NCBI GenBank assembly: GCA_963726745.1
Contig: CAVSDR010000004.1
Span: 160,001 to 224,000, forward strand
Reading direction: 5' to 3'
DNA from: an uncultured Verrucomicrobiae bacterium
GTDB lineage: Bacteria > Verrucomicrobiota > Verrucomicrobiia > Chthoniobacterales > UBA10450
Length of the DNA stretch: 64,000 nucleotides
Numbering within the stretch: the first letter of the stretch is position 1; each line of letters begins with the position of its first letter. This document shows, piece after piece, positions 60,387 to 64,000 of the stretch. The translations under genes and the position numbers were made by a program. Under the pieces are notes generated by a model. The model was given only the letters and a program-made list of their open reading frames with translations, made no database searches and had not been told where the DNA came from.

Positions 60387-61058
60387 CTAAATCTCTGCTG
60401 CCGCCGCGCGGGCCGCGGCCACAAACGCGCGCACCCGCGCGTGATCCTTCCGACCCGCCGACGCCTCGACCCCGCTGGTCACGTCGACCCCGAACGGCCG
60501 CGTCGCGCGCACCGCCGCGGCGACATTTTCCGGAGCCAGACCGCCCGCCAGGATCACTCGGTGTGCGGGATTCTCCGCCACGAAACGGCGCGCAATTTCC
60601 CACGGAAAAACTCTCCCCGTCCCGCCAAAAACTCCTGGCGCGTGCGAATCGAGCACGAAAATTTCCGTGGAGTAATCGGGCAACGCCGCCAGCGAATGCT
60701 CATCGCGCACCGGCAAAGCCTTGGCGAATTGCACTCCCGCAGCGGCGAGCCGCGCGCAAAACTCCGGCGTCTCCATGCCGTGCAGTTGCAGGCCGTCCAC
60801 GAAAGGGAGCCGCCCAAGCGCGAGCGCTTCCTCCCACGTCGGGTTCACCAGGACGGCGACCCGGCGCAAGCTTGCTGGCAATTTTCCGATCCACTCTCCG
60901 GCGGCGGCGATGTCCAGATAACGCCGGCTGCCCGGCCAGCCGTTCAAACCGATCGCATCCGCCCCCGCATCGACCGCGGCCCAGGCGTCCTCCTCGTGGC
61001 AGATTCCGCAAATCTTCACCCGCAGCCGTCGCGGCTGCTCCTCCGCCGGGCCGAACAT
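60387..61058 (-). CDS. trpF: Phosphoribosylanthranilate isomerase
   Basis: VKICGI, QLHG.E, GGTG..F.W, LAGGL..ENV, GVDV.SGVE. Confidence 0.96.
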   Translation of the reverse strand: MFGPAEEQPRRLRVKICGICHEEDAWAAVDAGADAIGLNGWPGSRRYLDIAAAGEWIGKLPASLRRVAVLVNPTWEEALALGRLPFVDGLQLHGMETPEFCARLAAAGVQFAKALPVRDEHSLAALPDYSTEIFVLDSHAPGVFGGTGRVFPWEIARRFVAENPAHRVILAGGLAPENVAAAVRATRPFGVDVTSGVEASAGRKDHARVRAFVAAARAAAAEI

Positions 61059-61474
61059 CAGCGCTCGATCACGCGGGCCTCTTTCACCTGCTTGATCTGC
61101 GTGTGATGCGTCAGCATGTGCACCCGGCCATCGCTCCCTTTAAAGAAAGCGCTCAAGAGCCAGCTGATGATCCCGATGATGATCGCGCCCCAGAAGGCGG
61201 TGCTGAAGTGGTCGACATGAAACCCCGGGACAAACGTCGGCACCCAGAGAAGGAGGAAGGCATTGATCACCAGAATGAATAATCCCAGGGTCACCAAGAT
61301 CAGAGGCGCGCTCAGAAGCAACAGCACCGGACGGACGAAAGCATTCAGGATCCCGAGCAAAAGCGCTGCCCCCAGCAGGCTGCCGGTGCTGTCAAAACGC
61401 ACACCGTCGAGCAGGGCCGAGGTCACCATGACGCCGACAGTGGTGACCAGCCAGCGAAAGACGAAGTGCTTCAT
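61058..61474 (-). CDS. YvlD/DUF360-type four-TM membrane protein (annotated as 'phage holin family')
   Basis: GILNAFVRPVL.LLS.P...TLGLF..VINA signature; start MKHFVFRW. Confidence 0.85.
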   Translation of the reverse strand: MKHFVFRWLVTTVGVMVTSALLDGVRFDSTGSLLGAALLLGILNAFVRPVLLLLSAPLILVTLGLFILVINAFLLLWVPTFVPGFHVDHFSTAFWGAIIIGIISWLLSAFFKGSDGRVHMLTHHTQIKQVKEARVIER

Positions 61475-61580
61475 CGCTCCAAGGTAAGTGCCAAAGCGCG
61501 AAGCTGCCAACGCTTTAGGAAAATCGCTTGCAAACTGCCTCGGTAAAAGTAATCGGTGCGGTTCAATCCCAATCATCAAA

Positions 61581-61976
61581 GTGCCCAAGAAAACCAAACC
61601 AGAATCAAGCAACGGATCGGCCGTGCCCGCGTCCGCCTCGACCGCCCCGGAAGCAGCCCCACCACCCGTGACTGCTCCCGCGACTGCCGAAGCGAAGCAG
61701 CCTGCGGCGAAGAAATCCTCCGCCAAGAAATCCAGCGCCAAGACCGCGGCCAGGAAGTCGTCGGCTAAAAAAGCTTCGACGCGCAAAGCCGCTCCCGCGG
61801 CGAAGAAAGGAACGCCGTTAATCGAGCCGTCCGACGACGAGATCCGCTTGCGCGCCTACTTCATCGCCGAGCGTCGCACCCGCCAGCAGCTTCACGGCGA
61901 CCAGGCAAACGATTGGCTGCAAGCGCGCCAGGAGCTCCTCGCCGAGCTCAATTCCAAAAGCGACGCGCAGGAATAG
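61581..61976 (+). CDS. DUF2934-domain protein with K/S/A-rich linker
   Basis: C-terminal EIRLRAYFIAE.R....G...DWLQA..EL; GTG start at 61581 inferred. Confidence 0.78.
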   Translation: MPKKTKPESSNGSAVPASASTAPEAAPPPVTAPATAEAKQPAAKKSSAKKSSAKTAARKSSAKKASTRKAAPAAKKGTPLIEPSDDEIRLRAYFIAERRTRQQLHGDQANDWLQARQELLAELNSKSDAQE

Positions 61977-61987
61977 CCGGCAAGCTT

Positions 61988-62404
61988 TCAGGCGCGCGGC
62001 TCGATCCCGGGAAGGCATTCCCGCACCTTTTCGAGCAGGCGATTAATCGCGAACGGCTTCGAGATGAAGCCGCGCACCCGCGGCTCCTTGAGCAGCTCCT
62101 GCGCGCGCGCCTCATCGCCCCGGCCGGAAACCAGGATCAGCGGCGGAACCACGCGCGCGGGCTGCGCTGCCTCGTAGACTTTGCTCACAAGGAAAAAGAG
62201 CATCGCGCCGTCGATCATCGGCATCGAGAAATCGAAGATTAAGAGGTCGTAGTCCCGCTTTAGGAGCAACTCGAAGGCATACTCTGGCCGGGGCGAGGAA
62301 TCGACCGTGCAAAGGAGGAACGCAGTGAGCGCTTCCCTCGTCACCCGCATCAGCGCGACGTCATCATCCACGATCAGGATTCGCTTTGGCTCTGGTGCGG
62401 GCAC
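61988..62404 (-). CDS. Single-domain response regulator
   Basis: ILIVDDD, D.SMP.IDG, SG, SKPF. Confidence 0.9.
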   Translation of the reverse strand: MPAPEPKRILIVDDDVALMRVTREALTAFLLCTVDSSPRPEYAFELLLKRDYDLLIFDFSMPMIDGAMLFFLVSKVYEAAQPARVVPPLILVSGRGDEARAQELLKEPRVRGFISKPFAINRLLEKVRECLPGIEPRA

Positions 62405-62452
62405 GGATGGACGCTTGCGCGAAAGCCGGGGGCGTTACAAGCTTTTCCCGCG

Positions 62453-62686
62453 ATGGACGAACCTTACCGGAAATTAGCCGACGCTTTGCGCGCACGCACG
62501 GCGATCATTGGCGACGAGCGCAGCCGGCAAAATCCCGAAGCGCATCTGGCGCGCCTGCAGGAAGTGTCGGAACGCCTGGAAGCGGCCGAGCGCGAACTGC
62601 CGCCAGCGATCGATCCGCAACTGCGGCACTATTTACAGCGACGCAGCTACTCGAAGGCGCTCGAGTTTCTCGAACAGCCAGCCTAG
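62453..62686 (+). CDS. Small conserved hypothetical protein
   Basis: 77-aa ORF filling the gap, with typical codon usage; ends L.HYLQRRSY.KALEFL. Confidence 0.65.
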   Translation: MDEPYRKLADALRARTAIIGDERSRQNPEAHLARLQEVSERLEAAERELPPAIDPQLRHYLQRRSYSKALEFLEQPA

Positions 62687-62688
62687 CC

Positions 62689-62705
62689 CCCGGAGAGCCT
62701 CCGGG
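62689..62705. terminator. Short hairpin between convergent genes
   Basis: CCCGGAG-AGC-CTCCGGG; no U-tract. Confidence 0.3.
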
Positions 62706-62724
62706 CGGGCGAAGCCATCGCGGC

Positions 62725-63336
62725 CTAGCGCGAATAAAGCTCGACGATTAACTGCTCGTTAACCATCGGCTGCATCTCGTCGCGGCTCGGGATCCGGGCC
62801 ACCTTGCCGCTGAGGGCATCGCGGTTCGCGACCAGCCAATCCGGCACCGGCGCGATCTGCGTGAGCTCAAGGTTGCGCATCGCGAGCTGGCGCGACTTTG
62901 GCTTGTCCTTGATCGAGACTTCGTCACCCGATTTCACGTTGTAGGAGGCAATGTCGACGCCCTTGCCGTTGACCATCACGTGACCGTGAGAAACGAGCTG
63001 GCGGGCGGCGCTGCGCGTGTTCGCGAGGCCGAGGCGGAAGACGACGTTGTCAAGACGGGTCTCGAGGAGTTGCAGAAGCGTCTCGCCGGTAACGCCGCGG
63101 CGCTGGAGCGCCGTCTGGAAGATCCGGCGGAATTGCTTCTCGAGCAGGCCGTATTGATACCGCAGCTTCTGCTTCTCGCCGAGCGCCACGGCGTAGTCGG
63201 ATTGCTTGCGGCGCGAACCCTTCGGGCCGTGCATGCCTGGAGGATAATTTTTGCGCTCGAGGGATTTCGAAGGGCCAAAGAGCGGGACGCCATAGCGGCG
63301 GCTGACTTTGGTTTTTGGTCCGGTATATCTGCCCAT
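62725..63336 (-). CDS. rpsD: 30S ribosomal protein S4
   Basis: MGRYTGP, PG.HG, EKQKLR, LETRLDNVV, ARQLVSHGH, IVELYSR. Confidence 0.98.
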   Translation of the reverse strand: MGRYTGPKTKVSRRYGVPLFGPSKSLERKNYPPGMHGPKGSRRKQSDYAVALGEKQKLRYQYGLLEKQFRRIFQTALQRRGVTGETLLQLLETRLDNVVFRLGLANTRSAARQLVSHGHVMVNGKGVDIASYNVKSGDEVSIKDKPKSRQLAMRNLELTQIAPVPDWLVANRDALSGKVARIPSRDEMQPMVNEQLIVELYSR

Positions 63337-63370
63337 GATCTAGAGAGTGCTGGCTAAAATAAGTGAAGAA

Positions 63371-64000
63371 TCAGACGCGACGCTGTTTTGGCGGGCGGCA
63401 ACCATTGTGCGGCACCGGGGTCACGTCGCGGATAACAGTAAGGTCGAGACCGATCGCCTGGAGCGCACGCACGGCAGACTCGCGGCCGGCGCCAGGTCCG
63501 CGGACGAGGACTTCGACTTCCTTCAAACCATGGCCCATGGCCTGACGGGAAGCGTCCTGCGCCACCATCTGGGCAGCATAAGCAGTGCTCTTGCGCGAGC
63601 CCTTAAAGCCAACTTTACCTGCGCTCGACCAACCGATGACGTTGCCGTTCATGTCGGTGATGGTGACGATGGTGTTGTTAAAGGTGGAAAGGATATGCGC
63701 CACACCCGAGTGGATGTTTTTGCTCCCCTTGGCCTTGATGATCTTCGGCTTCTCGACGTCGTTCGGGTCGAGCGAGAGATTTTCCTTCGGAGCTTCGGCT
63801 TTCTCGGCTTCGGCCTTCTTGGCCTTGGCGGTCTTCTTGGCCGGCTTTGGCGCGGCTGGAGCAGCAGCTTCCGCAGTAGGCGCTGGAGTGGCTGGGGCGG
63901 TCTCGGCCGCAGGAGCGGCCGTCGCTTCGGCCGGCGCGGCAGCGGACTCAGCGGCGGGCGCGGTCGACTCTGGCGCCACGGTGGATTCCGTTGGGGCGGC
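63371..64000 (-). CDS. rpsK: 30S ribosomal protein S11 with long Ala/Pro/Glu/Lys N-terminal extension (frame open to the window edge)
   Basis: [51 protein letters not shown]. Confidence 0.97.
   Translation of the reverse strand, partial: AAPTESTVAPESTAPAAESAAAPAEATAAPAAETAPATPAPTAEAAAPAAPKPAKKTAKAKKAEAEKAEAPKENLSLDPNDVEKPKIIKAKGSKNIHSGVAHILSTFNNTIVTITDMNGNVIGWSSAGKVGFKGSRKSTAYAAQMVAQDASRQAMGHGLKEVEVLVRGPGAGRESAVRALQAIGLDLTVIRDVTPVPHNGCRPPKQRRV

Noticed and set aside
61058..61474. Prophage implied by a 'phage holin family' protein
   Set aside because: YvlD/DUF360 proteins are common chromosomal genes; this one is coupled to trpF with no phage genes nearby.

Overview
High-GC (roughly 65% by eye) bacterial core-genome window, most likely Verrucomicrobiota of the Chthoniobacterales/Spartobacteria type (inferred from a Verrucomicrobia/Planctomycetes-restricted TIGR04138-like gene and the gene set). 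It holds about 60 CDS: mreBCD-mrdA, rpe, gspD/gspE, mpl, a CHASE2 cyclase, rplT-pheST, carA, mlaEFD, a type IB topoisomerase, aroF-mfd-surA-pdxA, dksA-rpmG-rpsR, sppA-thiL-tsaE-tsaB-alr, mqnE-mqnA-recJ-recG-htrA, a second secretin, trpF and rpsK-rpsD. There is a probable 6S RNA after pheT. I saw no mobile elements, CRISPR arrays, tRNA or rRNA. Nine genes carry single-base +1 insertions that look like sequencing errors. The strongest unexplained signal is a dispersed, non-palindromic, AT-cored motif, GNCTAACGA(G), reverse complement (C)TCGTTAGNC. I counted 38 exact CTAACGA/TCGTTAG copies by hand against about 4 expected. It occurs on both strands and in several reading frames, uses codons that are otherwise rare here, and supplies the stop codon of 10 genes. 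It behaves like an undescribed DNA-uptake-sequence-like or other genome-wide DNA signal.
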